A stretch of DNA of 53,886 bases. Source: Basidiobolus meristosporus CBS 931.73. Taxonomy: Eukaryota; Fungi; Basidiobolomycota. The notes under the pieces are model-generated. The model searched no databases and was not told the DNA's origin. It was given only the letters and a program-made list of their open reading frames with translations. Positions 25,641 through 38,499 of this stretch are shown in pieces. Each line of letters starts with the position of its first letter. The first letter of the stretch is position 1. The stretch is taken from NCBI GenBank assembly GCA_002104905.1, contig MCFE01000605.1:1-53886 (forward strand). The letters run 5' to 3'. A program made the translations under genes and the position numbers.

Positions 25641-25652
25641 TTATCTTGCAAT

Positions 25653-26021
25653 TGTCACAAGTCTTGGTATAAGAGTTGTGGAGGAATAGGGAGTTTAGTT
25701 AGTATTCTATTCACTAAAACTTGAGCTGATTTTTATTGAGGTTCCAGCAGCTTCATATATACATTTTGCCAGACCAATTGCTGACCAATTATATTTCCTG
25801 ATGTAGGCTGTAGCTGATAACTCATTTGATTGCATCATCATCACCCTACAAGATCCTACTTAAAATATCTATTTCTGTCTGATAAGGATCTGCTGATTCA
25901 TTTGCTGACAAATACTACTGATATGATAGTTGATACTGATATACTGGTAAGCTAAACATATAACTAATTGATTTGACTAAAAACTGATCTAACTTATTCA
26001 CTCAAGTAGTATATTGTAACA
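25653..26021 (-). repeat. family L 3' LTR
   Basis: TGT...ACA, ~370 bp, abutting the polypurine tract. Confidence 0.85.
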
Positions 26022-26195
26022 TTCTCCCCTACTAAAGTTGAGAGGGTTCTCTTGAATCTCTTTTCTTGCAATACCAATATCTTGATGGTTCAGTATTATC
26101 AGCAAGTCTTGCAAGCTTGAGTATGTCCCTATGCTCTAAGTCATCCTGGATATTGCCTTGTTTGTCCACTAGTGGGTAAGTTGCCAATGGACATT

Positions 26196-26526
26196 AGACT
26201 TGCTCCGTTAGATAGTCCCACATTGAGCCATGAGTGCCAAATGATGCCATAGTGTGCCAGGAAAGCTTAGTGAGCCTATACCTGGCCACAGAGTCTGAAA
26301 TATAGCTTTGCATCTTCATGCAAAGCAGCCCCTGCGTTTCACCCATTGTACTGGAGAGAATCTGTTTTTTAACCGTTTTTTTGGATCAATGTTGTGCATG
26401 ATGTGTAAAAGCACAAAAGGATTGAAGACATGCACCTGGTACTCTATTCCCATGGTACTCTGAATCTAGATTCTGTAGGTTGTATCATGTCACAACAATG
26501 CATGGAGTTATCTGGCACTATATTTA
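26196..26526. mobile_element. foldback MITE copy R5 (single arm)
   Basis: Starts AGACTTGCTC and ends at the spacer edge, joined to Ty3 RNase H. Confidence 0.8.
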
Positions 26527-26954
26527 CATATTCATCCTTCTCATGGCTGGGTCCTCCAAGTACTTTGGTAATAGGCTAGGCCAATCTGATTCATGCACCA
26601 AGTTGAGTGGTGCAACTTGTTCTAATCTTGATAAGGCATCAGCAACCATGTTATTTTTCCCAGGGCAGTATATAATCTCCAAATCAAATTGCTGAATGTA
26701 TTCACTCCATTGTATCATTCTGCTAGAGAGTACCTTCTGAGTAAATACATACTTGAGAGAGGCATGATCAGTTTTCACAGTGCATTTGACTCCTTCAATA
26801 TAGCATCCCCATGTCTTCAAACAGTGTATTATAGCAAGCATGTCCTTCTCATGCACTGGATAGTTTTGTACTGCTGAGCTCAGTTTCTTGGATTCAAAGG
26901 CAACTTGGTAGTCCATTCCCTTGTGTTCTGGCTCAACACTCCACCAATTGCATA

Positions 26955-27322
26955 TGTTACTAGTCTTAGTATAAGAGTTGTAGAGGAATAGTGAGTTTAG
27001 CTAGTATTGTATTCACTAAAACTTGAACTGATTTTTATTGAGGTTTCAGCAGCTCCTTATATACATTTTGCCAGATCAATTGCTGACTAATTGTTTTTCC
27101 TAAAGTAGGTTGTGGCTGATGACTCATTTGATTGCATCATCATCACCTAATAAGATCCTACCTAATATATCTATTTCTGTCTGATAAGGATCTGCTGATT
27201 CATTTGCTGACTAATACTACTGATTTCATAGATAATACTGATACACTGATAACCTAAACATATACTAATTGATTTGACTAAAAACTGATCTAACTTAAAC
27301 ATTCAAGCGGCAGATCATAACA
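26955..27322. mobile_element. family L solo LTR inside Ty3 RNase H
   Basis: Perfect CATA TSD; removing it restores DASDYAIGGVLSQ. Confidence 0.92.
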
Positions 27323-29843
27323 CATAATCTGAAGCATCTGTGCACCAAGTAAACTCTTTTCCAAAGTCAGGTAATTTTAAGCTTGGCAGCTTAACCAGTT
27401 CATTCTTGAGCATCTGGCAGGTAGTCTCACAAGCTATGTCCCACTTGTGGGTAATGTTTTTCTTAAGGATATCAGCTAAAGGGGTTGCAATACTTGCAAA
27501 GGACTTGACTAATCCAACAATAGGGAACCATTCCAAAAAATGATCTGAGCTCTGATATACTATGGGGCTGCTTCAGATTCTTGATAACTTAAACCTTCTT
27601 AGTGTCTAAGGTTACTCCTGTGCTAGTCACTATGTGTCCCAGATATTCAACATGTTCCTTGAAGAATCCACTCTTGGGTAGCTTGCCATAAAGCTTGTTC
27701 TCACTTAGCTTCTTCAAGATCTTTTCAATGTGCATCAAGGGACACTCTTCTGTCTTGCTGTATATAAATATATCATTTAGGTAGATTATCACAAACTTGT
27801 CTAGGTAATCCTGGAAGACAGTCTGCAACAGGATTATGAATGTTGCAGGGGCATTAGTGAGGCCGCAACTCATGACTAAGTACTTGTAAGGTTCATATCT
27901 GGTCCTGAATGCTGTCTTAGGGATGTCTTCTGGCTTCACCCTAATCTGGTTGTATCCTGACATGAGGTCAATCTTGCTGAAAATAGTGGCTCCATTGAGT
28001 TGGTCCAAAAGCTCATCAATCTAAGGTATGGGGTACTCATTCCTCATAGTAACTGAGTTGAGGGCTCTGTTGTCAATGCATATCCAAAGTGCTCCATCCT
28101 TCTTCTTCACAAAAAGCACTGGTGCTCCCCAAGGTGACTTGCTGAGTGTGATATATCCTTAATCCAGTAACTGATCTATTTGTCTCTTCATCTCTTCCAA
28201 GTCCAATGGACTCATTCTGTAAGGTGTCTTACTCACTGGAGGGCTATCTCCTGCTTCAATGGCATGATCCACGTCTCTGACTAGTGTAGGTCTACTAGCT
28301 CATCTGGAAATACATCTGAATATTCCTTCAAAAGAGTCTGGACCTTGTGGGGTACTGGGGTAGACAAATCTCCTGTAATACTGCAATGAGGAACATCTGG
28401 GTGCCTTTTCTTAGTGCTCTACAGAACTGTGTCTTGCTAAGTTCAGTTGTTAAACACACTGGAATTGACCAAGTTAAAATCCAGTCTGGCAGGTAATAGC
28501 TCATAGGTCTTATTGTCCCTCTGGATTGGAGTAGCATGGGTTCACCAGTTGATTGATGGACTACAACATAATAGCCAGGTCTTTGCAAGTATAAGGTCAA
28601 ACTTGCAGTTCCCAAATACATAGGCCAGTAGATCTTCCTAATAGTCATTTATCTGCATCCTTACAGGCTGAGTAATATGGTTGATTATGTGAGAGTTCCC
28701 ATCAGCTGTTGTGACTGAAGTTGCTTTTGTGGGTTCCAAGTTGATTCCAGTTTTCAAAGAAAATTTCTCATACACATACTCATGCAATGCTCCTGAGTCA
28801 ATCATGATCTTGGCCAGTTCTCCATTGATCACTGCACTCATGTTTAACAGCTTTCCTGAATTGGAGGTCATCTGGGATAGGTATTCTTCTGCCATATGGA
28901 AGGTGATGCTGAGTCTTCTTCATGTTCATCCTCCATGTTACTATGCTCCAGTGCCTCAATATGGTTAAAGGTTCTTGATGGCTGGTGTCCATTTCTTCTC
29001 TGAGGGCAGTACTTTGCAATATGTCCCTGCTGGTGGCGATTGAAGCAAAGTCCTTTCTTCTTACATTCTCCTGAGGTAGGATTCTTCTGCTTAGCATCTA
29101 TTTCCATTGGCACTGCTTCTAACTGTCTTCTTTCATAGTGATTGTAGCCTCTCTGATTAGTCATTGTGGGCTTCCCGGCTCCAAACATAGCTGAGTCATA
29201 GTCAATGGCAATCTTGATGGCTTCTTCAATATTCTGAGGTCTTTGATAATTCACTTCCTTACAAGTTCTTTCTTTCATCCCATCAATAAAGTATTCAGCT
29301 TGATCCAGCAGGTCCATTTTTTCAACTTGCAAAAGTAGACATCTATATTCATAGATGTACTCTTACACCATTCCTTTCTGTCTGAGTGTCTTCAAGTTTC
29401 TTCTTAGTAGTGTCTGTTGGTGTGGGGGCTCAAAGCCATCCTGAATTTCCAACACAAACTCATCCCAGGTAGAGATTGTATAGCATCCCATCATGGTGGC
29501 TGACCTAATCTTACTATGGTACCACTGTAAAGCTGCATCTGCCTGGTAAGTGGCTGCATAGCTTAACTTGCTTTCTGGAGCAATTCCCTTAGCTTTGAAA
29601 GCTACTTCAATCTGGAAGCGCCAAGTTCCCAGGTTTGCATTGACTCTACCATAGTACTGGTTGACCTTTACACTAAAGTTGCTCTTGACAGGGTTTTGCT
29701 GGCTTTGGGCCATGGCAGTCATTCCTTGTTGCTGCTGGGACAGGATATGTTGCATAGCATTCATCCATTCTTGATTTTTGGACATCTTGAAGGAGGCTTC
29801 TTCTTTCTTCAGGAGAGATGTTTCTGGTTATTGCTGCTACCAA

Positions 29844-30212
29844 TGTTACAAGTCTTGGTGTAAGAGTTGTAGAGGTATAAGGAGTTTAGCTAGTATTGTA
29901 TTCACTAAAACTTGAACTGATTTTTATTGAGGTTCCAGCAGCTCCTAATATACATTTTGCCAGATCAGTTGCAGGCAAATTGTATTTCCTAATGTAGTCT
30001 GTGACTGATAACACATCCAATTGCATCATCATCACCTAGTAAAATCCTATTCAATGTATCTATTTCTGTCTGATAAAGATCTGCTGATTCATTTGCGGAC
30101 TAATGCTACTGATTTGATAGATAATACTGATATACTAATAAGCTAAACATATATCTAATTGATTTGACTAAAAACTGATCTAACTTAAACATTCAAGTGG
30201 CAGATCATAACA
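29844..30212 (-). repeat. family L 5' LTR
   Basis: TGT...ACA, followed on the minus strand by TTGGTAGCAGC and gag. Confidence 0.88.
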
Positions 30213-30384
30213 AAACCATAAGTGGATTTTGTGAACTTCACAAACAGTTTCACTGAATGTAAAAGGGGGCATTGATACTATTCTATAGTTTTGGAAATAC
30301 CAACACACAGAAAATGCTTGACTAGGTCCCAAGAGCATGTGTCCAACATTCAGGGCTGTCTGGATAACTTTGAGAAATTTGATG

Positions 30385-30750
30385 TGTTACAAATGTTGAT
30401 ATAAGAGTTGCAGAATTATACAAAGTTTAGCTAGTATTGTACTCACTAACACTTGAAATGCATTTTATTGATATTCTGGCAGCTCCTTGTTTATATTTTG
30501 CCAGTTCAACTGCCAACTAATTGTATTTACTAATGTGGATTCTGGCTGATCACGCAATTGATTGCATTATCATCACCAGTTAGACCTTACTCACTATATA
30601 TATTTTGTCTGATAAGGATTGGTTTATGCATCTGCTGATTAGTAATACTGATTTGATAGATAACACTAATATACACATAGGCTAAACATAGTACTAGTTA
30701 ACTTACTAAATAACTTATCAAACTTTAATAATCAGGAGGTGATCACAACA
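30385..30750. mobile_element. family L solo LTR (diverged)
   Basis: TGTTAC...ACAACA with a perfect GATG TSD. Confidence 0.88.
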
Positions 30751-31719
30751 GATGTGCTTAGTACTTGGTTTGTATGTGGGAATATTTCTAGTTAGTTCAA
30801 GTATAGAATATGATCACATTTCTCTAAGATACGTATGTAATGGCCAAGTCAGATAAATGCCTAGGTGCAATTGTTAAATTTACAACAATGACAAAGGTAA
30901 AGTCATAGGAAAGAAGTGTATGAAAAATCTGAAGCTTTTACTGATTAATGGCAGCAACCTGGAACTGTTGGGCCCATAGTTACTAAGAAGATTTGCAGCT
31001 TGGAAACATCTGCTTGAACACAAGTTGAGAGTGCTGCAAGCTAAGCCATATTCCTGCAAGGTAGATAAATTTGCAGTAAACAGCAGTCTGTCTGCCATAG
31101 CCTCCATGTCTATCATTATATGCAGAGTGAAGTTCCTACAAACTGACACAGTAATAATCTCATGGAATTAGTGGACAATGCATGTTCCTACAGTAGAATT
31201 TGGATTAGCAATGGGCATGCTGAGAGTATAAAACACTACTTCAAGAAAACCTCTCAACAAAACATACTAATATATTGCAGGGATGCATTATCAAAACTAG
31301 AAGATCAGGTACCAGGCATACAATATGGAATGGGGACTGGAAAATATGTAAATCAATCATCAGAAAATGAAACAAAGCTGTAGGATTTCAACTCAAGTAA
31401 TGTGTCAGGAGTGTTATAGCAGAAACTCATATTGAATGGTGGGTATTAATGCAGTTATTTATTGAGTTTGTGGTTAGTAGATGTATTGACTTTCTCTGCA
31501 AGCTCATTGACTTCATTGGAGTGGAGCTCAACTGGCTATGGTTTGGGCTCTTGTGAAAACAGATGTTGTCATGTTAGTATATCTCCCTTGTTACTATTGA
31601 ACATTGCCTTTTTGGCTGCAGCTCCTCTTGTAGCTAAGAGCACATATATCTTAGACAATCAAGTGGTGGATATAAGCATTTTCCACTGCTAGAGCTGAGG
31701 TGGTTCACCTGTGTTTACT

Positions 31720-33550
31720 TACTTCTGATACCAATAACTTGATGGCTAAGTATTGACAATCTGTTTAGCAACTTCAGTCTGTCTTTATGAGCTCAATCTT
31801 CCTAGGTGTTCCCATGTTTATCTACAAATTTGTAAGTTACCAATGATATTTACTTACATTTTCAATGTGTTGTTGATTGTAGTTAAAACTTTTTCAGAGT
31901 GGTGCTTTTCAACATTGTAAATTCCCAATTATCATTTTTTCTAGTTATGTATGCTTCTCAGATCTCTGCTTCATCTATTCAGCTTTTTTAGACACTTTGG
32001 GCTTTGCCTCTTGGCATTTTGCTCAAATGGTGGTTTAGAAATGCTTGACCTGCTGCATTTCCAGGTAAGCTTCTAATATTATTATCTTATACTTTGCTCC
32101 TCAAGCAGATATGCTTCTTACAGGACATCCAAACTTTATCCAGATCAAATGGTAGATGGAATTTGCAATTCCCATATTTACTGGCCACATACACAGCATG
32201 AGCAAGTGACCATCTGGTGGTATGGTTAATTGCTACTTATAGCCACCATTAGTGCTTCCTAGTGGAGGGCAGTCTTCCAGCAAAGTGAATTCCCTATCTC
32301 TCAGATTGTTGTTTGGGTCTCAAAGAAGAGAATTTAGAAATTTTTTGTTGTTGCCCTTGCTTGATCTGGCAGTTGGCTCACAGCTCACTGGCTGCTCAGC
32401 TTTTTTGATCATTTTGGGCCACTATGACCTGGCTTTCCCATTGCTTTATATTCTTCTAAATCTAAAATGTGAATATCCATTGTGTAGCTTACACACTTTG
32501 AGCAATAGGAAATGGGCTTTTTGTAACAATTTGGCCAATTATTTCATACTGCTCTACAAGCTTGCTGGCTTTATCCTGGATTTTCATCTTGCTATCTTCA
32601 TTCACCTTACTTGGGATGACTTGGTCCCCAAAGCACCTTCATAGTGGGCTGGTCCAATCTGATTCATGCACCAGGTTGAGTTGTGTAACTTGTTCTAGTC
32701 TTGATAAAGCATCAGTAACCATCTTGTTTTTCCTGTGGCAATACAAAAACATTAAGTAAAATTCAAAATGGATTCACTCCATCTAGTTAGTCTCATGGAA
32801 GTATATTCTGAATAGAGTGCATCAGAGTGAGACAAGATCAGCCCTTGAGGTGCACTTAACTTCATCTATGTAACATATCCATATCTAGAATCAGTGTTTT
32901 ATAGTAAGCATCTATTTTCAATGTATTGGGTAGTTTTGTACGGCTATGTCTACTTTAGTTTATTCAAAGTGACAGCATATTTCTTTTTTTACAAATAAAG
33001 CTTATATACTGATAGACTAAATATAACATTACCGGGTTTGACAGGAACAAGTCTTACTTGAACATTCAAGCAGCATATCATAGAAACAATATGTAATTTG
33101 GCATTCATGGACTAACTATTCTCATTGCATTTGCAAAATATCTATGTTCAGATACTACCACGTACATCTGGCAACCATTTACTTATTAATAGGGAAAGTT
33201 CAGCTCTGAATTGAGGAGATTAGAGCCAAAATTGCAATGCTTTGCTGAGTTTTATGATACTTTCAGTAAGAATAGCTGCTGACTTGCAAAATCACATCTT
33301 AAAGCAGCCAAGAGTGTCCAAAATGCTATTACATCATTTCTGCACAATATTCTGCTTCAAATAGTCAGATCTGACCACAGTTCCAGGGAGATTGTTAAGT
33401 TCTGACCAACCTTTATATTATAAGTACTGAGATATTGTATTTGCTCACTCAAGTGCCTCTGTTCACTTCTTTCCCTTACTTCATGGTCTACAAAAACAAT
33501 CAAGATAATATATCACTTTAGAAGCCAACACACATATTCCACAATCTGTT
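31720..33550 (-). mobile_element. decayed Ty3/gypsy pol (RT, RNase H, integrase pieces) with an LTR fragment at ~33000-33085
   Basis: Motifs IYYLD, ANSIYHLIWIKFGCPV and DKHGNT*ED.AHKDRLKL; homologous to 35450-36770. Confidence 0.65.
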
Positions 33551-33554
33551 GTAC

Positions 33555-33655
33555 TGTTACAAGTCTTGATATCAGAGTTGCAGAGGAGTAGGGAGTTCAT
33601 CTAGTAATGAACTCACCAACATTTAAACTGATATTTAATGAGGTTCCAGCAGCTT
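33555..33655. repeat. family L LTR fragment
   Basis: Matches the first ~100 bp of the LTR consensus. Confidence 0.75.
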
Positions 33656-34715
33656 CTTTGCTTTGATTGCAACCAGCAGGAACTTATTGCAAAGTACTGC
33701 CCTTGGACAGGAAATAAACACCAGCCATTGCAAACTTTCAGCCATATTGAAGCCCTTGTGCATAGTAACATGGAGGATGAGCTTGATGAAGAATCAGAAC
33801 TTGCATTCTGTATGACAGAAGAATACATATTCCAAATGTCCTAAACTCAGCAAAGCTATCATACTTGAATGGAGTAATCAATAGTGTACTTGCCAGGATC
33901 ATGATTAACTTAGGAGTATTGCATGAGTATGTGTTGGAGCAATTTGCTTTGAAGGCTGAAATCCACACAGAACCTACCAAATCTACTCCAGTCGCAACAG
34001 CAGATGGGAACTCTCATATAATCAGCCATATTACTCAGCCAGTAAGGATGAAAATTAATGACTATGACAAAGTCCTACAGGCCTGTATATTGGGCAACTA
34101 CAAGTTTGACCTTGTACTTAGAAAATCAGGCTATTTTGTTGTAATCCATCAATCAACTGGAGAGCCCATACTACTCAGATCCAGATGGACAACAAGATCT
34201 ATGAACTATTACCCAATAGACGGGATTTCAACTTGGTCAATTCTAGTGTGAGTGAAGCAAGTGATTTTAAGCAAGACACAGTCCTGTAGTACACTTGAAA
34301 AGGCACCCAGATGTTCCTCATGCCAGTATCGCAGGAGGATCCCTCTACTCCAGCACCCCAGGAGATCCACACTATTGTGAAGGATTATTCAGACAAATTT
34401 GAGATCAACATGTAAGCCTACCACCAATCAGAGATGTGGATCATTTCATTGATACAGGAGATAGCCCTCCAGTGTGTAAAACACCTTACTGAATGAGTCC
34501 ATAGGAGTTGGAAGAGATGAAGAGACAAATGTATCAGTTACTGGAATAAACATATATCAAACCCAGCAAGTCACCTTGGGGAATACCAGTACTTTTTGTA
34601 AGAAAGAAGGATGGAACACTCAGGATATGCATTAACTACAGCGCCCTCAACTCAGTTATTGTCAGGAATAGAGTACCCCATACCATGAATGACAAGCTTT
34701 TGGACCAACTTAATG

Positions 34716-34932
34716 GATATATTAAGTAGGATCTTATTGGGTGATGATGATGCAATCAAATAAGTCATCAGCCACAACCTACATTAGGAAATACAATTAG
34801 TCAGCAATTGATCTGGCAAAATGTATTTAAGGAGCTGCTAGAACCTCAATAAAAATAAGTTCAAGTTTTAGTGAATACAATACTAGCTAAACTCCCTATT
34901 CCTCTACAACTCTTATACCAAGACTTGTAACA
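34716..34932. repeat. family L LTR fragment
   Basis: Reverse-orientation match ending TTGTAACA. Confidence 0.8.
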
Positions 34933-35414
34933 TACCCATGGCACTCTGAATCTAGCTCCTGCAGCTTGTATCATGTCACAAAAATGAATGGCAATATCTT
35001 GGTCCACTGGTACTATCTGGCACTATAAATGCTTTGTATAGATCTTACTTTATGGCTAATATTTAAATATAGTGCCAGATAGTACCAGTGGACCAAGATA
35101 GTGCCATTCATTTTTGTGACATGATACAAGCTACAGGAGCTAGATTCAGAGTGCTATGGGTATTGAGTACCAGATGCATATCTTCAATCTGCTTGTGCTC
35201 TGACACATCCTCAGCTACATAGATCCACAAAAAAAGGTCAAAAAACGGATTTTCTCCAACACAATGGATGAAACACAGGGGCTGCTTTGCATGAAGATGC
35301 GGAGCTATGTTTCACACTCTGTGGCCAGGTAGAGGCTCAATTGGCCTCTCTGGCACACTATGGCATCATTTGGTACTCATGGCTCAATGTGGCAATATCC
35401 AACGGAACAAGTCT
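34933..35414. mobile_element. foldback MITE copy R6 (left arm truncated at the LTR junction)
   Basis: Spacer at ~35026-35070; ends GGAACAAGTCT. Confidence 0.85.
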
Positions 35415-37176
35415 AAGAAGTTTGGCAATTTGATATGGAGACTACTGAATGCCCTGTGAAAAGCAACACAGTTGCTGATGCCTTATCATGAAGAGAATAA
35501 CTTGCACAACCAACTTGGTGCATGGATCAGGTTGACATAACCTACTACCAAAGTACTTGGAGGACCAAGACACTTCTAATGAGGTAGATGTAGAGATCAA
35601 GAGGATAATACAGGATGAAGCCAGCAAGTTTGTAGTACAGAATGAAACACTCTGCCAAACTGTTGATGGAAGCCCTACTACCTATTGCCCTTATGTTCTT
35701 TGCCTGGATTTAATATGTGAGTTACACAATGGATATGGACATCTTGGAATTGAAGGAACCTATGGCCTTGTGAAAGCCAGAGCTTGGTGGCCTAGAATGA
35801 AACAAGACATTGAGAAGCTAGTGAAAACATGCCCAAATTGCCAAATCAATCAAGGCCAACCACAGAGAATTGCTGAACTCTTTCCGTTGTTGCCTGTACA
35901 ACCATTTGAAAGTTGGGGAATTGACTTTATTGGAAGACTTCCAACCACCAGGAAATGCTACTTTTGGATCCTAGTAGCAATTGACCATGCCACTAAATGG
36001 CCAGTAGATAAGGCAGTACCTGTAGCCAGTGAACAGGAAGTTGCAGGTTTCATCTACCATGAGATCCTTATGAAGTTTGGATGCGCTGTAGGGATTTTAT
36101 ACAATAGAGGAGCAAACTTTATGGCAACAACATTGAATGCTTACCTGGAAATGCATAAGATCAAACACTTAAAAACCTTGGCATGTCACCCTAGAACTAA
36201 TAGAGGCACTGAGTGGTTTAGTGAATTATTTGTAAAAATGCTAACAAAGTATGCAAATGGAGTTGTCAGTAGATGGAATCAGTATATAGACCAAGCACTC
36301 TTTGCATGAAGAGTTAGAGTACATAACACCACTCAACAATTGCCATTTTAATTAGTGTATGGATACCAACCAATGATTCCAAGAGATCTCACACACCCAA
36401 AGCTTGCAGATGGCTTAGAAGAAGAGTTCAGTCAGCAAAGTAGACAGCAGCAGCTGGAACAAGGACGTCAAGAGGCACAGGCTAAAGTATCTCAAAGTGC
36501 AGAAAAGATGAAGCAGAGATTTGATAAGACTTTATCACCAGAAGCATTGACAGTTAGGAACTTTGTGTGACAAGAATCAATACTTGGAAGAAGTCTGAGC
36601 CACAATGGACAGAGCCTTTTAAGATCATCAGAGAATGTCCACATGCAGCTAACCAACCAGTGGACAAACAAGGGAATATCCGGGAAGATTTAGTTCATAG
36701 AGACAGACTCAAACTTGCAAGACTTACCAACAATACTGAACCATTAACATTTTGGCATCACAAGTAAAGAGATTCAGGAGTACCCTTCCAACTTTAGTAG
36801 GGGAGAATGTAATGATCTACTGCTTAAATGTTCGAGTTAGATCAGTTCTTAGTCAAATCAATTAGGTATATGCTTAGCCTATCAGTATATCAGTGTTGTC
36901 TATCAAATCAGTAGCATTAGTCAGCAAATGAATCAGCAGATCTTTATTGGACAGAAATAGATATATAAATTAGGATCTTATTAGGTAGTGATGATTTATT
37001 CAAATGAGTCATCAGCCACAACCTACATTAGGAAATGTAATTAGTCAGCAATTGATCTGGCAAAGTGTTCATAAGGAGCTGCTGGAACTTCAATAAATAT
37101 CAGTTCAAGTTTTAGTGAATACAATACTTGCTAAACTTGCTGTTCCCCTACAACTCTTGTATCAAGAGTTGTAACA

Positions 37177-38400
37177 CTGATAAGGACCTACTGATTCATC
37201 TGCAGACTAATATGACTGTTTGATTGACAATACTTATATATTGATTGGCCAAACATAAGATAAATTATTTTACTAAATATTGCTCTGAGTTGAGCATTCA
37301 AGCAGCAGATCTTAAAATTCATCCCTCTAAATCTGAAAGGGTTCTGCTGAGTCTCTTTTTTAATGAAACCAGTATCTTAATGGTCAATATTGTCCGTAGC
37401 TTATGTGGGCTTGAGTCTGTCTCTATTAACCAAATCTTCTAGAATATTTCTTTGTCTGTCTACTGACTGTAAGTTGCAAATGGACATTCTCTGATGAACC
37501 TGAGTGGTCCTGTCCATTATGGCTCAAACATCTTCCAAGTGCTTTCTCCTAGCAGTACAAAGTTCCCAACTGTTACTACCTCTGGTGTTATAGTCCTATC
37601 AAACTTATCAAGCATCTTTACTGCACATTAAGATGTTTTGGCCTGTGACACCTGGAATTTTTGTTCCAGTTGTTGGTTTATACTAGGCACACTGAGTTCA
37701 TCCCACAAGTTGGTGGTGAGCTTTGTATATGGGATATATCCTGCAATCCATGTTTTACATTCACAATGTTGTGCTCCCTAGCTCTGCAGCAAACAGTGCT
37801 TGGTCAATATACTTGTCCCATCTACTTATAGCTCCATTTGCATACTTAGTCAGCATTTTTTCAAATAATCCATTGTGCACCTCAGTGACTCCATTAGTTC
37901 TAGAGTAATATGACAAAACTTTCAAATGTTTGCTTTACTGCATTTCCATGCAGGTTTCCAATGCTTTTGTTAAAAGTTTGCACCACTATCAGGTAAGATT
38001 TCCACAGGGCATCCAAACTTCATCTGGATCTTGTGGTAGATTAAGCTTGCAACTTCTTGTACACTGGCTGCTGGTACAACTCCAGCCACTGGCCATTTGG
38101 ATGAATAGTCAATTGTCACTAGGATCTTCCAATTACATTTCCTAGTATCTGATAGTCTTCCCATAAAGTCAATTCCCCAACATTCAAATAGTCTTACAGG
38201 CCTTAAGGGAAAGAGCTTGGTAATTCTCTGCAGTTGGCTTTGGTTGATTTGTCAACCTGTGTGCACTTTCACTGGCTTCTTAGTATCCTGTTTGATTTGG
38301 GGTCAGCATTTTCTAGCTTTTACATGGCTATAGGCTCCTTCAGTTCCAAGATGTCCATTTCCAATGTGTAGCTTGTGAACTAGATCCAGGCAAGTAATTG
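37177..38400 (-). mobile_element. Ty3/gypsy integrase fragment with partial 3' LTR (37177-37330)
   Basis: ORF 37970..38164 reads IDYSSKWPVAGVVPAASVQEVASLIYHKIQMKFGCPVEILPDSGANF. Confidence 0.8.
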
Positions 38401-38499
38401 CTGAAAAATTGAACTTTTTGGTATCATTCAGCATCTAAGAGTTTACGTGGGAGTTCAGGACTAGTCCTGGTCAGTGTGTGGCTAACTCACAGCCCTAAC

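Larger units (their letters stand above)
25653..30212 (-). mobile_element. Ty3/gypsy element (family L), LTR-bounded, integrase deleted
   Basis: gag 29363..29785 and 28868..29332, protease MIDSG 28638..28895, RT 27589..28008, RNase H 27315..27536 plus 26524..26916. PBS-like TGGTAGCAGC at 29833-29842; PPT at 26022-26033. Outer flanks CAAT/AAAC do not match. Confidence 0.9.
33660..37176 (+). mobile_element. Ty3/gypsy element (family L): gag end, protease, RT start, integrase, 3' LTR
   Basis: ORF 33865..34251 is protease-like. ORF 35557..36309 has HNGYGHLG...CPNC and WGIDFIG...DHATKWP. The PPT AGGGGAGAA precedes LTR 36808..37176. Confidence 0.88.

Noticed and set aside
31724-31733. TGGTATCAGA (minus strand) as a tRNA-Met primer-binding site
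   Set aside because: No LTR end is adjacent; it is the coding end of integrase (YWYQK, homologous to FWHHK at ~36760).
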